Source of the DNA: Ranitomeya imitator
Taxonomy: Eukaryota
DNA: 64,000 bases
Assembly: GCF_032444005.1 (NCBI RefSeq)
Contig: NC_091288.1
Coordinates: 87,482,001-87,546,000 of the forward strand
Direction of reading: 5' to 3'
A program made the translations under genes and the position numbers. Below are positions 61,253 to 64,000 of the stretch, piece after piece. Below the pieces are notes generated by a model. The model had not been told where the DNA came from. It was given only the letters and a program-made list of their open reading frames with translations, and made no database searches. Each line of letters starts with the position of its first letter. Position 1 is the first letter of the stretch.

Positions 61253-61564
61253 AAGTCTTCGGTAAAGAGACTGCAACCCAATATCCTCGTTATTGCCTGC
61301 ACCTTACTGGGGACACACTTCACCTGTGGGAAGGTATACCATCCAGCTGCAATTCCATCACCCCAGTGGACCCCACAGCAGCGTCGGTCACCCTGACCGA
61401 ACACCACAGGTGGCGTCACGAACCCCTGACAGACTGTTCCACTACTCTCATTTGACGCCCCTTAGCAGGGTCCCGGACCGGGTCTAGCCACCGTGACAGC
61501 CTCAGAACCGAACTAGAGAGGCCCGGTACCGAAACGCATGGCCCTGTGTCTGGGGGCGATCCAC
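61253..61564. mobile_element. Truncated copy of the solo-LTR family, abutting half of a Harbinger MITE (61565-61700)
   Basis: matches about 18500-18844; ends CTGGGGGCGATCCA. Confidence 0.75.
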
Positions 61565-64000
61565 ATGCACGGCCGGAACTCCGTCCCCTCCTCCCCGGAC
61601 CTTACAATGGAGCAGCGGATGCCTTGTCCGCTGCCCCCGTTGTTCTTTTTCTTCACAGTTTGCGTCAGTACGTCGGGTCGACGCTAGTGTGAAAGTAGCC
61701 TTAGCACCGCTTTGGTTAGTCTTCTGCAGGCTTTGACCTGCCAGATCACTCCAGTGATTGCTGGGCGAGGCAAAAGTCACTTCTCAATGTGAGTCTATAA
61801 GGCCAGAACAAGGCCCTCAGAGACTTACACTGAGAGCTTGTGACCGTTACCTCTGACTTCCGGTCAGTCAGCAGCTGCAGTCACAACTCACAAGATGGCG
61901 GAGCAGGACCAAAGCTGGGCTAGGAATAGCCGCAGATGTTGGCTGGTAAGTGATATCAACCGGAGTGGTGCTTTAGTATTTGTGTGATGTTCTGGTGACT
62001 AAACATGATTTAGAAAGTTGACCAGTAGTTCATTGTGTTTCATGCTGATGATATTCCATGAACAAGATTTTAGTTTAGTGAAGTGCTTCAATATCTTTAA
62101 TATTTTATGCTGTTCTTTAAAGCAAAAGTAAAAAAAAAAAACACTTTTCTAATATATTTCAATTAAACATTTCCTACCATCCCCTCTCAACCCTCACTTT
62201 TGATCTGTGATTTTAATTTCTTACTTCCAATGACGTTTCGTTTGAGTCTCAGGATGTACTGGGAATTCTCAAAAGAGATGTGATCTGATCAGGGGTCCTG
62301 CGGTCACCGCCATATCTGCTATCCCCACTTTGAATCGGATTGTCATCAGGGATAACCCTTTCTGGGGCTGGGCTGTTCTCTGCTACTGAGCAAGCGCTGG
62401 TTGTCACTACCAATGTGCGCTCCGAATACGGTCCCTGCTCACCACTCTGTTACTTCTTGTATATTAGAACAGTGATTTTTTTTGTACATTAAGTAAAGAA
62501 TCATTTTTAATTCAGTTAGTTTTTGAAGAACCACTGTAACAATAATCTAGGTCCTGACATATTACATAGAAACTAAAATTGTTATGATGTCTTTCTGAGA
62601 AATCAGTTTGGCAGTCAGCTGCAGCCACAGATTTAGTGACTTCAATATAATCAATCAAGTAGGGGATATGTGTGAAGACTATAAACTCAATCGGGGGGAC
62701 AGGGTTACCCAACTCTCTGTACCTCTAGTTGTATCTTACTATCGGATCAAAAATCCCTGGAAGTTACAATAGGTTTTGGTATGTTTATCTTTCAAACCAG
62801 GTCCTCTCAAACTTAGAAAAATTATCAGAATTTTTTAAATATATTATTGATTTTTAAATTTGGAAATTGAAAAGTTTCTTGCTAGCACTCTCTGGACAAC
62901 TAGCACCTGGGCCACATTCCTCAGTCGACCCCATGCCTTTATGACCCTGATGACATTCATCACAAATCATTTTAATCTTGATAATACGAATGTTATTGTA
63001 TTGTATCATTGTGTGAGCTCTATTACATACTGTAGTTACCATTGTACTTTCTGTAAATGTAGTCACTGTATCCAACAATCGGTTGCATGGTTGCAAGCAG
63101 AAGAATTAGCTCATGGCTGTCTGCCTAATTACAACAGGCTATGACAAGGAATAATAAACTGGTTGCATATGACATAACCAGTTGTAAAGTTGCACCTATC
63201 TATCAGATTGTCCTATGTCATTTTTCATGGGTATGATAATATTCCTATAATGCCACTACATCCTCTCTTATGTCTCAGCGTTTTGGAACTTATTGCAAAT
63301 TACAAGCATACACGCACCTTGACTCTTTTACGGATCATTAGAACAGACATCCAGATTTTAGTGATCCGGAGGGGGCCCAGAAGGGAGACCCTAACAATCA
63401 CCCCAAACTGCTTTTGATGGTTTTAAAAATAAAAAGTATTTTACCATGCAAAACATATATAGTAAAATGCACAAAAATAAAGTGTACAAAGATACAAAGT
63501 GCACATGTTACCATGCAAAACCATACAGTAAAGTGTACAAAGATATAAAGTGTTCAACATGGAGGAAATTATAATAACAAAGTTGTTACACGCATTTTCC
63601 ATGCACAGACAGAAAATTAATACCGTATTTCTTGCGAATGCATTAAATGTGTCGCATGCATGTACGTCAAGACCCAGATCAGGGAAACTGCCAAAACTAT
63701 ACGTAGAAAAACATCACAGACTTGCAGTCAAAAAGTCCCATAAAATATGCAAATTTATTAAATATTCAATAAAACAAAGTAATACAAAAAAGAACAGATA
63801 AATGGATTACAGAGGGAAACAGATAAAGCACTATGTGGCGGTACAAAATGCCCAAGGACTCGTAACCACATCACTGCAACAATAGTAATAGTATACCATA
63901 AAAAAGACCTATGGCCATATAAATAACAGGATCAATATCCCCTTATGTTACATGATAATATCACCGCACCAACCATGGCCAAAGCGCCCTTGCATATATC

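Noticed and set aside
60160-64000. Non-coding first exon, promoter or a second caspase paralogue upstream
   Set aside because: No caspase-like coding exon or convincing ISRE/NF-kB cluster could be supported; the region is mostly repeats, and 63420-64000 is an unclassified repeat-like tract.

Overview
Repeat-rich vertebrate genomic DNA, most likely a frog (inferred from the protein and transposon families). It holds two convergent protein-coding genes. On the + strand are the last six coding exons of a coiled-coil gene matching FLACC1/ALS2CR12 (7575-27804). On the - strand is a complete seven-exon caspase-8-type gene (60133-38142; 1374 nt, 457 aa, two DEDs, intact His and QACQG). This matches the tail-to-tail CASP8-FLACC1 arrangement of other tetrapods. 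Nearly all remaining sequence is transposon-derived: solo LTRs, hAT, PIF/Harbinger, Kolobok/T2-like, pogo-like and piggyBac derivatives, two Tc1 elements (one a single stop codon from intact) and an internally deleted L2 LINE. Most notable observations: (1) a type I hammerhead ribozyme with an intact core, on the sense strand of a FLACC1 intron; (2) several short TSD-flanked, often fold-back insertions carrying hammerhead motifs, whose inversion or truncation junctions sit at the ribozyme 5' edge; (3) a catalytically intact caspase-8 that has lost the DED2 FL motif and changed both canonical dimer-interface residues; (4) consensus U1 5'-splice-site, YY1 and CRE motifs recurring in the MITEs. 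All coordinates, alignments and counts were done by eye, and human comparisons are from recalled sequences; no database search was run.
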